A stretch of 64,000 nt of DNA from an uncultured Methanotrichaceae archaeon (GCA_964639235.1 CAZXDN010000006.1:7477-71476), one strand, 5' to 3'; counted from the first letter of the stretch, positions 18,249 through 27,540 are shown. Notes: generated by a model not told the origin, from the sequence alone. Made by a program: numbers and translations.

Positions 18249-18596
18249 GTGCCTGGTTCAAACGTCGAGAGCGAGTTATCGAGCGCTGCCCAAACGGGAT
18301 CAGCGCCAATTCTGGTGGAGCTGGTGCCCAGGTCCGGGTCTGTGCAGGCGAGCGTTTCAGCGCTTTCCAAGGAGAATGCCGGCGTAGAGTCAGTAGAGGC
18401 CATGAGCAGCGCCATGAGCCTGATCCAGTCAATGGCTCAGTGCCTCATAGCAGCCATTGGCGATGGCGCTGGAAGCCTTGGCCCTTCCGGAGCTGAGATC
18501 GATTTTGGGATCAGGTTCGATGCCGATGGCGAGGCCTTCCTTGCCAGGTCCGGGCCTGAGGCTGCCTTAGGGGTGAAGCTGATCTGGATACGCTGA
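18249..18596 (+). CDS. Small protein resembling the Trypco2 / CU044_2847 family (trypsin-co-occurring domain 2)
   Basis: The GTG start follows GGGGGA. The product is 115 aa. An N-terminal ILVELVP...G strand, a central helical segment (VEAMSSAMSLIQSMAQCLIAAIG) and the C-terminal AEIDFGIRFDADGEAFLARSGPEAALGVKLIW match my recollection of the family pattern (evEFGlkl.aeaGavia+.g.ea.f+V.L.W). It lies 97 bp downstream of the CHAT gene on the same strand. Confidence 0.55.
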   Translation: MPGSNVESELSSAAQTGSAPILVELVPRSGSVQASVSALSKENAGVESVEAMSSAMSLIQSMAQCLIAAIGDGAGSLGPSGAEIDFGIRFDADGEAFLARSGPEAALGVKLIWIR

Positions 18597-18728
18597 AGTC
18601 CTCCTGATAATCTGACCTTCTAATGCCTTTTAAACCTGGTTTTGTCTTTGCCGGCCTATTTCCAGATTCTCTGCTCTCGCGATCTCTGGAGAAGGCTTAA
18701 GAGCATTTAGTCGAATAGTTCTGGGCCT

Positions 18729-20129
18729 ATGACTCTCATGTACTTCAGCACAAACGGCCACCCGGAGCACGTGGACTTTAAAAAGGCGCTTCTGGTAGGC
18801 CAGGCGCCGGACAAGGGGCTCTACATGCCAGAGAAGATTCCAGCAATCCCCAGAGATGAAATCATCGATTTCTCAGGCAAGAGCTATCCAGAGGTCGCCT
18901 ACAGGGTTCTCCTCCCTTATCTTCAGGGATTGGTTCCAGAGGACCGGTTAAGAGCAATCCTCAAGGACGCCTACAGCTACGACCTGCCAGTGGAGACTGT
19001 CTTTCCGGGCAAGTACGTAATGAGGCTCGATCGCGGCCCCACATGCTCGTTTAAAGACTTCGCAGCCAGGCTCATGGGCAGGCTGATCCAGTATTTTCTG
19101 AGCCTTGAGGGAAAGAGGATAGTCATCTTGACTGCAACCTCAGGAGACACGGGGTCCGCTGTGGCCCAGGCATTCTATGGCCTTGAGGGGATAGATGTCG
19201 TTGTCCTCTTCCCGAGAGACGAGGTGACCGAGAGGCAGCGCAGGCAGATGACCACACTTGGCAGGAACGTCTCAGCCGTAGCAGTCGACGGCAAGTTCGA
19301 CGACTGCCAGGCGCTAGTCAAGCAGGCATTCGCTGATGGAGAGCTAAAAGGTCTCAACCTCTCTTCAGCGAACTCGATCAACGTGGGACGGCTCCTGCCT
19401 CAGGCGGTGTACTACTTCTACGCCTACTCCAGGGCTGCAAAAGACGGCCAGGAGGCGGTATTCTCGGTTCCCAGCGGCAACTTCGGAGACCTGATGGGAG
19501 GGCTCATAGCCATGAAGATGGGGCTTCCAGTGAGGAAGTTCGTGGCTGCCACAAACGAGAACGACGAGTTCCCTGAGTTCATGAAGACAGGAGTCTACAG
19601 GCCCATACGTCCCAGCAGGAACTGCATCTCCAACGCCATGAACGTGGGCCATCCCTCGAACCTGGCAAGGGTTTTCTCCCTTTACGGTGGCGAGATGGAC
19701 GAGACAGGAATAGTGCACAAGATGCCAGACCTGGAGGAGATGAGAAAGAACCTCTTTGCAGTCTCGATCTCAGATGAGGAGACACGGCAGACCATAAAGG
19801 ACGCTTATGCCAGTTATGGAGTCGTGCTCGAGCCCCACGGCGCTGTGGGGTGGGCTGGGCTTCTTCACTACTTGAGGGAGGTCGAAGACTGGTCGCCCTG
19901 CATCTCTCTTGAGACTGCAGACCCAGCCAAGTTCCCAGATGAGATCATACGGCTGATAGGCATAGAGCCCAAGGTCCCTGAGGCCATGTCTTGCTTAGAC
20001 GAGCTTGAGGAGAAGTTCGAGAGGATGGACAACAGCTATAATGGGTTAAAATCGCTCCTGCTGGGTTTATTTGGGGAGTCTTCGAGAGATGGCGATAGAG
20101 CAGGGGATAAGGCAGCTGTGCGTACTTAA
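18729..20129 (+). CDS. thrC: Threonine synthase
   Basis: The PLP-lysine motif CSFKDFAARL and the SSGNFG-like SGNFGD motif are present. The length is 466 aa. Confidence 0.9.
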   Translation: MTLMYFSTNGHPEHVDFKKALLVGQAPDKGLYMPEKIPAIPRDEIIDFSGKSYPEVAYRVLLPYLQGLVPEDRLRAILKDAYSYDLPVETVFPGKYVMRLDRGPTCSFKDFAARLMGRLIQYFLSLEGKRIVILTATSGDTGSAVAQAFYGLEGIDVVVLFPRDEVTERQRRQMTTLGRNVSAVAVDGKFDDCQALVKQAFADGELKGLNLSSANSINVGRLLPQAVYYFYAYSRAAKDGQEAVFSVPSGNFGDLMGGLIAMKMGLPVRKFVAATNENDEFPEFMKTGVYRPIRPSRNCISNAMNVGHPSNLARVFSLYGGEMDETGIVHKMPDLEEMRKNLFAVSISDEETRQTIKDAYASYGVVLEPHGAVGWAGLLHYLREVEDWSPCISLETADPAKFPDEIIRLIGIEPKVPEAMSCLDELEEKFERMDNSYNGLKSLLLGLFGESSRDGDRAGDKAAVRT

Positions 20130-20143
20130 GCCCTGGAGAAGAT

Positions 20144-21127
20144 ATGTCTGAAACGCCAGAACTGATCTTCGATGACATAGGAAGCTATCCCGTACCCAAG
20201 GGCTTTGTCTTTCAAGGCCTTGATGAGGATTACGCAAACCTGGTCAGAGATACTATGGCCCTGAAGGTGTCGACGGGCCTCGATGTCCCTACATACCCCC
20301 AGTTCAGGGACATGATAAGGATGTTCCTGGACCCGATCGAGGACCCTGAGTCTCAGGAGAGCCCTTACCTCATAAGGAAAGATCGCGCAGAGATATTCGA
20401 GCTTGGTGTGTTGAGGGATGTCTGCAAGGACAGGCCAATCAGGGTCTGCGTGACAGGCCCTCTTGAGCTTTATATCTCTGTCTTTGGGGCAACGATGTAC
20501 GAGGACGTTCTCTACAGCCTGGCCAGAAGCGTAGCTCTGTTCCTGGAGAAGGCTATGGAGACACTGCCTGTGAGGATAGCCTCTGTGGACGAGCCAAGCC
20601 TGGGACTGAGCTCCAACATAGCCTTTGGCCAGGACGCGATCCAGAAGGCGCTGGAGACTGCGAGCAGGCCCTGCAGGGATATAGACTGCGAGGTCCACCT
20701 CCACTCTCCGCTTTACGCAGAGCTATGCTGCAGCGTTCCCTCTTTGTCAGTTGTGGGAGTAGAGTCTGCAGCCAACCCCGACTACCTCAGGCTGATAGAC
20801 AGGAAGACGCTTGAGGAGACTGACACCTACATCAGGGCTGGAATTGCAAGGACAGACATACTCTCAATGGCTGCAAAGATCAACGATCGCCTGGGAAGAA
20901 ACCTGTGGGATAGTCCTGCGGAGCTGGAAAGAGAGATCCTGGCCTCTGAGTCTTCAGATGTGATAGAGAAGAGGCTCTCCAAGGCCTACTCCATCTTTGG
21001 CGACAGGCTGCGCTGCGCAGGCCCTGACTGCGGCCTGGGGTCTTGGCCAAGTCAGAAGGTGGCTTCATCCCTTCTCTCAAACTGCTCCAGGGCCATATCC
21101 TCGTTCAAAAAGGGCTTCAAGCGCTGA
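20144..21127 (+). CDS. Short MetE-like (cobalamin-independent methionine synthase C-terminal / URO-D_CIMS-like) protein
   Basis: N-terminal DDIGSYPVP, EVHLHSP and C-terminal GPDCGLGSW resemble the Zn-site motifs of core-MetE proteins. The length is 327 aa and it lies 15 bp after thrC. The exact activity is not assignable. Confidence 0.55.
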   Translation: MSETPELIFDDIGSYPVPKGFVFQGLDEDYANLVRDTMALKVSTGLDVPTYPQFRDMIRMFLDPIEDPESQESPYLIRKDRAEIFELGVLRDVCKDRPIRVCVTGPLELYISVFGATMYEDVLYSLARSVALFLEKAMETLPVRIASVDEPSLGLSSNIAFGQDAIQKALETASRPCRDIDCEVHLHSPLYAELCCSVPSLSVVGVESAANPDYLRLIDRKTLEETDTYIRAGIARTDILSMAAKINDRLGRNLWDSPAELEREILASESSDVIEKRLSKAYSIFGDRLRCAGPDCGLGSWPSQKVASSLLSNCSRAISSFKKGFKR

Positions 21128-21240
21128 GGCCCTACCTGCTCTTCTGCGTGAAGCTCCTGACTTCAGCATGGTACATCTAATATTCTGACACTGTTATGTG
21201 GGCTCACTGCAGCAGCACTGCCGCTTCTGGAAGTTAATAT

Positions 21241-21285
21241 ATCATAATATCTATTATAAAAGTGATTTGGCAGATCATAATATCT
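21241..21285. repeat. Two copies of ATCATAATATCT spaced 33 bp apart in an AT-rich promoter region
   Basis: Exact 12-mers sit at 21241-21252 and 21274-21285, about 135-180 bp upstream of the 21419 ATG. This is a possible operator pair, but it could be chance in AT-rich DNA. Confidence 0.35.
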
Positions 21286-21418
21286 CTGTAGATATTTTAT
21301 CTAATCGGTGAAAACACTCAAATATTTTCTTATGTGAGTTTTCAGTCTTGCTATACTTAATGGAGGATTACTATGATTACCATTATCTATAAATATTTTA
21401 AGAGCATTTCTAAGTATC

Positions 21419-21826
21419 ATGAAACTGAGGGTAGTGAGCTCGAAGAAGGAGATCTCTGACCTGAGTCGCAACGAACAGGTGGTTCACCTGGCCTTCCGCG
21501 CTTCGAATATGGATGTCATGGGCCTTGTCCAGTCATGTCCGAGGCTCAGAGCCGTCCAGATCCCTCCATCCTATCACGAGACCATGTCCAAAGCAGCCCA
21601 GCAGTTCCTTGAAATCCAGGGAGTAGAGCTGCTCAGAGGAGATGTCTGGGGTCACCGCAAGGATATAGATGAATATTATACCATCAGCGACAAGGTAATA
21701 CGAAGGATATCGAATTTGATGGCCGAGGGCAACAGCGTTGACGAGACTGTGAAGCGAGTCCAGAGGGAGACCAAGCTCTCTGAGGATCTGATAAGGTACA
21801 TACTCAAGGAGCAGGTTCTGGCCTGA
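21419..21826 (+). CDS. Conserved archaeal hypothetical protein (DUF1699-like)
   Basis: It is 135 aa and soluble. The pattern MKLRVVSSKKEI...VHLAFRASNMDVMGLVQSCPRLRAVQIPPSY matches my recollection of DUF1699. Confidence 0.45.
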   Translation: MKLRVVSSKKEISDLSRNEQVVHLAFRASNMDVMGLVQSCPRLRAVQIPPSYHETMSKAAQQFLEIQGVELLRGDVWGHRKDIDEYYTISDKVIRRISNLMAEGNSVDETVKRVQRETKLSEDLIRYILKEQVLA

Positions 21827-21886
21827 GTTTGGGCTTAAATGCCCTCAGGATTTCGCCTATTTTTGTAACCATTATAGTTTTATGGA

Positions 21887-22393
21887 ATGAGAGCAACAGC
21901 CCCTCCTATGGATCTCATGAGCCTAGTTCAGGCGTCTGTTGATGGCCAGAGATCGAGGCTCGAAAAGTCGCTTGCTCAAAAGTACGGGGTTCCTGAAGAG
22001 GAGATAAGCGAGATAGTATCGGGTTATCTCAGGGATGCCTATGGACCAGCGCTGGAGGTGGCCAGGTCTATCTCCAGGTCTGAGGGCCCTGTGGTCCTGT
22101 TCATAGGCAAGGAGGGCTGTGCCATCTGCCAGAAGTCGAGTCCTGAGCTTAACAGGTTTCTGGAGAGGCACTGTGAGGTAACGCTCGTTAAGCTGGACTA
22201 CTCTGAGCCTTCTGGCCTTCTGTATCACGCCATTTACACAGGCAAAGATGGCATGCTCCCGCTGATCGCCCTGATCTGTGGGGGGCATGTGACAAAGCTC
22301 TTCACAGGAGAGTGCGTTCTTCCTGACGTCCTGGAGAAGCATTATGCGGCCATGATCTCAGGCTGCAGCCAAAAGGCACATGCCACTGGATAA
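21887..22393 (+). CDS. Thioredoxin-fold-like protein with a CxxC motif
   Basis: VVLFIGKEGCAICQKSSPEL (CAIC) is followed by a beta-alpha-beta pattern. The length is 168 aa. Confidence 0.45.
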   Translation: MRATAPPMDLMSLVQASVDGQRSRLEKSLAQKYGVPEEEISEIVSGYLRDAYGPALEVARSISRSEGPVVLFIGKEGCAICQKSSPELNRFLERHCEVTLVKLDYSEPSGLLYHAIYTGKDGMLPLIALICGGHVTKLFTGECVLPDVLEKHYAAMISGCSQKAHATG

Positions 22394-22502
22394 TTTAGCT
22401 TCAAGGTCGGTTGGAGTCAGATGGATTTGGTTTGAGCTCGAATTTGTTTTAAACTCTGAGATGGATAATTTTAATAGATGATTGGATGAGGAGATGGATG
22501 CC

Positions 22503-23165
22503 ATGACCATAATAGCTCTAAATTTTAAGACATACAAGGAGGCGACGGGTGAGGCTGCGCTTCGCCTGTCTGAGATATGTGAGGACGTCTCTAAAGAGTA
22601 CGATGTCAAGATGATAGTCGCTCCCCAGGCAGCGGATATAAGGCTGATCTCAGGCGCAGTCAGGATACCGGTCTATGCCCAGCACGTCGACGGCGTGGGC
22701 CACGGGGGATTTACCGGGCACATAACTGCAGCTTCTCTTAAAGCCGCTGGAGCTTCAGGTTCTCTCATAAACCACTCTGAGAGGAGGCTCAAGCTCGCTG
22801 ACATAGATGCTTCAATTGCAGCGTGCAGGGCTGCTGGCCTCAACACAATCGTCTGCACCAACAACATTCCCACATCCAGGGCGGCAGCTGCTCTGAAGCC
22901 TGATTACGTGGCTGTGGAGCCTCCTGAATTGATAGGTTCAGGCATTCCTGTCTCGAAGGCTGACCCAGAGGTCATACGAGGGTCTGTGGAGTTCGTCAAG
23001 GGCATTGAGCCATCGGTTGGAGTGCTGTGCGGAGCTGGCATCACCCACGGAGAGGACCTGAGAGCTGCAGTGGAGCTTGGGTCTGAGGGAGTCCTCCTGG
23101 CCTCTGGCATAATCAAGGCCAAGGACCAGAGGAAGGCTTTGGAAGACCTGATGACGGGGATATGA
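22503..23165 (+). CDS. tpiA: Triosephosphate isomerase (short archaeal type)
   Basis: MTIIALNFKTYKEATG, INHSERR and VAVEPPELIGSG are present. The length is about 220 aa. The ORF opens at 22482, but the Met at 22503 fits archaeal TIM N-termini. Confidence 0.9.
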   Translation: MTIIALNFKTYKEATGEAALRLSEICEDVSKEYDVKMIVAPQAADIRLISGAVRIPVYAQHVDGVGHGGFTGHITAASLKAAGASGSLINHSERRLKLADIDASIAACRAAGLNTIVCTNNIPTSRAAAALKPDYVAVEPPELIGSGIPVSKADPEVIRGSVEFVKGIEPSVGVLCGAGITHGEDLRAAVELGSEGVLLASGIIKAKDQRKALEDLMTGI

Positions 23166-23166
23166 G

Positions 23167-23436
23167 ATGATCTGCGTTCACCTCAGGGTCTCAGGCCTGG
23201 TCCAGGGAGTGAATTTCAGATCTTACACCAGGTCCAAGGCACAGGAGCTTGGGGTAAATGGGTGGGTCAGAAACCTCCCTGGCGGGGGCGTTGAGGCTGT
23301 GCTTGAAGGTGACAGGAAGAAGGTGGGAGAGCTGATAAGCCTGATGAAGTCAGGACCTTCTGGAGCTATGGTCTCTGGGATGGAGCTCTCTGAGATTAAG
23401 TGCAAGGGCTACGAGAATTTTTCGATCAATTACTGA
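23167..23436 (+). CDS. acyP: Acylphosphatase
   Basis: It is 89 aa and carries VSGLVQGVNFRSYT...GWVRNLPGGGVE, the acylphosphatase signature. Confidence 0.9.
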   Translation: MICVHLRVSGLVQGVNFRSYTRSKAQELGVNGWVRNLPGGGVEAVLEGDRKKVGELISLMKSGPSGAMVSGMELSEIKCKGYENFSINY

Positions 23437-23618
23437 CAGGTGATTTCTTGCTCACTATAAACAGATACAAGTGCTGCTACTGTGGTGCGTGCGTTGGCTC
23501 CTGCCCCAGCACCGCCCTGGAGCTGGTGGAGACATGGGTCGAGGTCTCAGATGAGTGCACCGGCTGCGGCAGATGCGCGAAGATCTGCCCGGTTGGCGCC
23601 CTGGAGGTGAAGTCATGA
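23400..23618 (+). CDS. Small 2x[4Fe-4S] ferredoxin, likely electron donor to the downstream reductase
   Basis: Cluster motifs CCYCGACVGSCP and CTGCGRCAKICP are present. The GTG at 23400 overlaps acyP, and the TTG at 23448 is an alternative start. The stop overlaps the next ATG as ATGA (23615-23618). A ferredoxin encoded next to geranylgeranyl reductase was shown to be its redox partner in Methanosarcina acetivorans. Confidence 0.75.
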   Translation: MQGLREFFDQLLTGDFLLTINRYKCCYCGACVGSCPSTALELVETWVEVSDECTGCGRCAKICPVGALEVKS

Positions 23619-24790
23619 AGTGCGATATGGTGGTCGTGGGCGCGGGCCCTGGCGGGTCAATGGCCGCAAAAGCCGCTGCTGAGGCAGGCTTAAAGGTGGT
23701 CATGGTCGAAAAACGCCAGGAGATAGGAGACCCTGTGCGCTGCGCAGAAGGCGTATCTAAGAGGTCGCTGCTTGAGATGGTCAAACCAGACCCTAGGTGG
23801 ATCGCGGCAGAGGTCAAAGGCGCCAAGATCTACGCTCCTGACGGCACTGAGATAGTGATGTCTGAGGACAAAGCAGGAGCTGAGGTGGGCTACGTCCTTG
23901 AGAGGAAGGTCTTCGACAGGGGCCTGGCAATGGACGCAGCACGTGCAGGCGCTGAGGTCATGGTCAAGACCAGGGCGCTGGGACTTCTCAGGGATGGGGG
24001 TAAGATCTCTGGAGTCTCTGCCATGCACCTGGGAGAAGAGTTCAGGATTGAGGCTCCTCTCGTGATCGGCGCAGACGGGGTTGAGTCCAAGGTCGGACGC
24101 TGGGCTGGGATCGACACAGCCTTGAATCCCAAGGACATCTCTGTGTGCGCTCAGTTCCTGGTCCACGACCCATCGATAGAGAACGACTACTGCGAGTTCT
24201 TCCTCGGAAATGAGAAGGCTCCAGGAGGCTACATCTGGATCTTTCCAAAAGGCGATCACCTGGCCAACGTGGGATTGGGAATTCTCGGCTCCAAATCCAA
24301 GTCCGGCTATCCAGTGGCCTTGCTTAAGAAATTCATGAAGGAGCGCCTGCCAGACGGAAAGGCCATTGAGATGGTGGTTGGCGGAGACCCTGTGGCAGGA
24401 GTCATGGAGACTACGACTGCAGACGGGGTCATGCTCGTGGGAGACGCTGCGCGACAGACCGATTCCCTAACAGGTGGCGGAATACTCAATGCCATGAAGG
24501 CAGGACAGATAGCAGGCCAGGTTGCGGCAAAGGCTGTCCCTTCAGAAGACGTCAGCAAGTCGGGCTTAAGGGAGTACGAGGCTCTCTGGAGGGAGGCTAT
24601 GGAGAAGCACCTTCAGAGGAGCTATGAGTACAAAGAATTCTTCGTGAAGCTCACAGACGGGGACCTGAACAACCTGATTGGGTCTCTCAAGAGGGAGGAC
24701 ATCTCCAAGATGGACCTTCGCGGAATGCTGAGGGTGATGTTCAGGTTAAACCCCAAGCTTCTCTGGGATTTGAGGCACTTGATAGTGTAA
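23615..24790 (+). CDS. Digeranylgeranylglycerophospholipid (geranylgeranyl) reductase
   Basis: The FAD motif is DMVVVGAGPGGS. RCAEGVS, GGYIWIFPKG and LVGDAARQ are typical of archaeal GGR. The product is 391 aa from the Met at 23615. Confidence 0.9.
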   Translation: MKCDMVVVGAGPGGSMAAKAAAEAGLKVVMVEKRQEIGDPVRCAEGVSKRSLLEMVKPDPRWIAAEVKGAKIYAPDGTEIVMSEDKAGAEVGYVLERKVFDRGLAMDAARAGAEVMVKTRALGLLRDGGKISGVSAMHLGEEFRIEAPLVIGADGVESKVGRWAGIDTALNPKDISVCAQFLVHDPSIENDYCEFFLGNEKAPGGYIWIFPKGDHLANVGLGILGSKSKSGYPVALLKKFMKERLPDGKAIEMVVGGDPVAGVMETTTADGVMLVGDAARQTDSLTGGGILNAMKAGQIAGQVAAKAVPSEDVSKSGLREYEALWREAMEKHLQRSYEYKEFFVKLTDGDLNNLIGSLKREDISKMDLRGMLRVMFRLNPKLLWDLRHLIV

Positions 24791-25051
24791 TTTTGGTCAG
24801 ACGATGCCTGTCGGGGATGCCCAAGTGGTGTCTTTAGCATCCCTGGCAGCATCAGCTGCCCCAAATCAAGGGGCAAAGTGTTTAAACATTTGAAACCTAT
24901 TTTCTTCAGTCGTTCTCTCTTGGGGCGTGTTCTGGGCCGGGTGCATGAGCAAAGAGGCTTCCTGTCTGATGAACTTAGCGCAGACATAGGCACAGCAGAT
25001 GATCAATTGCCGCTCGCCTGCGCTTTGCCGCCTGAAGAGGAGGTGTTGTGG

Positions 25052-25753
25052 ATGATCAAGAGAATGCTGTTCGTTTTATCCCTGTTTGCGGCGCTCATCG
25101 CCCCAGTATATGCAGATTCTGAAGTGGTTGTGGATTCATCTTCTGTGTCTCCCTTCCAGAGCATCGGTGCCGACGGCAAATACGGCTGGGGAAGCACTCT
25201 TCCGTCCGGAGCTATCAGCTGCGATCCTCTGTGGGGAAGAGAGCTTGGGGTCCCGGCAAAGCTGGAGATAGAGGCTGCAAAAGAGAGGCTCTTCTTGAAC
25301 AAGTATGTCAATCCTTCCTCTGCTAGAAACGAGGTCCTGGCTGCCAAATGGCGGCTGGCCTCGAACAAGTACGAGAACCCCGACTCTGCGGCAAATCAGG
25401 TACAGCTGGCCAGGGAGCGTCTCTGGGCAAACAAGTATACCAATCCCTCTTCTGCTGCCTGGCAGGTTCAGGCTGCCAGGGAGCGCCTCTGGTCGAGGAC
25501 CAAGTCCTTCTACGTCCACGACTTCGAGGAGGGGTCTTCTGCAGGTGCTCTCTGGTTCGAGTCCCAACAGAGCTTCGCATCAAGCGATGAAACCAGGCTT
25601 CAGCAGGAGTCGATTGCTGAGTCCAGAAAGGCTCGTTCTCCCTGGGGCGACCAATCTATAGAGGACAGGTTCGGCCACTGGAAAGAGGAGATGCAGGGCA
25701 CCGAAGAGGCATCTGGCGGATCGGATAACACATCATCTGGCGGTGTAGTCTAG
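25052..25753 (+). CDS. Secreted protein with about 3.5 tandem 22-aa repeats
   Basis: The ATG at 25052 is preceded by GGAGGTG. The signal peptide is MIKRMLFVLSLFAALIAPVYA. The repeats are EIEAAKERLFLNKYVNPSSARN / EVLAAKWRLASNKYENPDSAAN / QVQLARERLWANKYTNPSSAAW / QVQAARERLWS. Its stop shares the palindrome CTAG (25750-25753) with the convergent gene. Confidence 0.6.
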   Translation: MIKRMLFVLSLFAALIAPVYADSEVVVDSSSVSPFQSIGADGKYGWGSTLPSGAISCDPLWGRELGVPAKLEIEAAKERLFLNKYVNPSSARNEVLAAKWRLASNKYENPDSAANQVQLARERLWANKYTNPSSAAWQVQAARERLWSRTKSFYVHDFEEGSSAGALWFESQQSFASSDETRLQQESIAESRKARSPWGDQSIEDRFGHWKEEMQGTEEASGGSDNTSSGGVV

Positions 25754-26301
25754 GACATACCTAAGGGCGAAGAGCCATCAGCCATTTTTGGGAGCCTCGA
25801 TAAGTCGAGGCCTATCCTGATCCTCTCTTTATCTGCATCTATGGAGACCACTGCTGCGTGGAAGATGTAGCGCAGCGTCCTCCTTCCCTCTGGGACCTTG
25901 AGGTTGTGCTCCCTCCTCAGCTTCGCCACTGCAGACTGCTGCAGAGCAGGGCTCGACTGGAGGAAGAGAAGTCCTGGAAGGTTCAGCCTCTGGTGATCTG
26001 ACGATGGGTACCGGTCTCCCAGGAGGCTCTGGAGCTCTGCCCTGGTCACCTCTGCAGTGACGGGCCCGCTCTTAACCGATATGCCGTTTTCATCTGCCTT
26101 AACATGGTCCACATGAGAATGGAGCGCGCCCAGCGTGTAGCTGTCTCCCCTTCCCCTCTTCTCCTCTGGCATCAGGCACTCAAGCTTCTTCATGAAGGGT
26201 TTTAGGAGCGGGCTGCTTCCTCCAAAGAGCGTGCCAGGAAGGTTCCTCACCTCTACCTTGAACTGGGCCAGGTCTTCTTTTCTCAGGTCGATGAAGATCA
26301 T
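25750..26301 (-). CDS. Hypothetical protein
   Basis: It is 183 aa and soluble, and lies 28 bp downstream of the 26330-27175 gene on the same strand. No motif was recognised. Confidence 0.45.
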   Translation of the reverse strand: MIFIDLRKEDLAQFKVEVRNLPGTLFGGSSPLLKPFMKKLECLMPEEKRGRGDSYTLGALHSHVDHVKADENGISVKSGPVTAEVTRAELQSLLGDRYPSSDHQRLNLPGLLFLQSSPALQQSAVAKLRREHNLKVPEGRRTLRYIFHAAVVSIDADKERIRIGLDLSRLPKMADGSSPLGMS

Positions 26302-26329
26302 ATGCCTCTATTCCCCTGCTGCCAGATAT

Positions 26330-27175
26330 CTATGTTGGCTTCTTTTCCATATCGAAGATGATGGCGTCTTCATCTGGCGGCCAGAATACCAGGTATCTGG
26401 GACTTGAATCCTCCGGGACTGCATAGGTCAGATACCCCTCTGCAGAGCCTCCAGGCGGTATGGCTGGGGAGAGCATCTTGTAGTTGATGGCGCTGTAGGA
26501 GATTCCATGAGAGTCTGTCAGGACTGCGAACCTGCCGAAGTCCCTGTCAGCCAGAGATATGACCCCTGGGCCTGTGTTCTTCAGGATGTAGTTCACGCTT
26601 ACTATTCTTCCACCATCTGACACGGATACGCCCTCTATTCCAGCTGAGCAAGTCTTGCAGGAGATGAGGCTGCCCAGTGAGTATAGCTCTCCAGGCGGCC
26701 TGACATCCTTGTCCAGTCTAACTGCAATGCCTGTCTCTTCCCAGGCCAGAAGGACCGGCTTTTCTCCCTGATCTATCTCGAATGCCAGGCTGCCGAAGGC
26801 TGTCTCCCCTGGATCCAGTTCAGACTTGTCAAGTGGATTTTTGAGCGTGTCAGAAGAAAGAGGGCTTCTGTGTCTGCCTGCGCTGTCTATCACCTCGAAT
26901 CTCGCTGGATCGAGATAAGCCTCCTGGCTGCGGCCGTTTTCGACTACAAGGCCGAGTGTCAGAACCCACTTGCCTTCATCTGAGCTTCCATACCTGTGCA
27001 TGTCCACCACGCTCAAGTTGATGCCCGTCTCAGACGCCACCTCGTACATTGCTGGCAGCCCCTTTGAGATGGCAGGAGGCATGCTCGATCCTCTGACCAT
27101 TGGTGTACCCCACATCGCACATCCCAAGCAGAAGATCGCGATAGACAGCGCGACTGCGCATAGCGCCTTTGTCAT
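26330..27175 (-). CDS. Secreted/lipoprotein-like protein with two DUF4352-like Ig-fold domains
   Basis: The signal peptide carries a Cys (IAIFCLGCAMW). There are two repeats of the pattern beta-strand...N(G/T)G...(F/L)xVxDSxGxxYS: LGLVVENGRSQEAYLDPARFEVIDSAGRHRS and VNYILKNTGPGVISLADRDFGRFAVLTDSHGISYS. Confidence 0.55.
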   Translation of the reverse strand: MTKALCAVALSIAIFCLGCAMWGTPMVRGSSMPPAISKGLPAMYEVASETGINLSVVDMHRYGSSDEGKWVLTLGLVVENGRSQEAYLDPARFEVIDSAGRHRSPLSSDTLKNPLDKSELDPGETAFGSLAFEIDQGEKPVLLAWEETGIAVRLDKDVRPPGELYSLGSLISCKTCSAGIEGVSVSDGGRIVSVNYILKNTGPGVISLADRDFGRFAVLTDSHGISYSAINYKMLSPAIPPGGSAEGYLTYAVPEDSSPRYLVFWPPDEDAIIFDMEKKPT

Positions 27176-27540
27176 TTCCCTCTACTCCGGAATCTTTCTA
27201 GCATATTTCTAATGTAAAATGGGATTAATCACATTATTAATAAACTTTTTCTATCATAGGAAGCTTCGGGCACATTTCCCGCATCAATGTTATAGTAATA
27301 CCGTTATATACTCTTCAAATATTTAACCGTTCTATTAATCTCCTTTAAATGTAAAGCTAGACTGAGAATTCTAGTTTTATGTTTATCAGAATGCCATAAC
27401 CTCTATTCATTTGTAAATGTTCTCCAGATACTGTTATTATCAAACTAATTAATTTTATTAAGTAATCTACTTGGACTCCTTTTCAAAACAAATTATTTAT
27501 ATGATAAAGTATTTGCGAGATTAAAAAATATGGTGATCAT

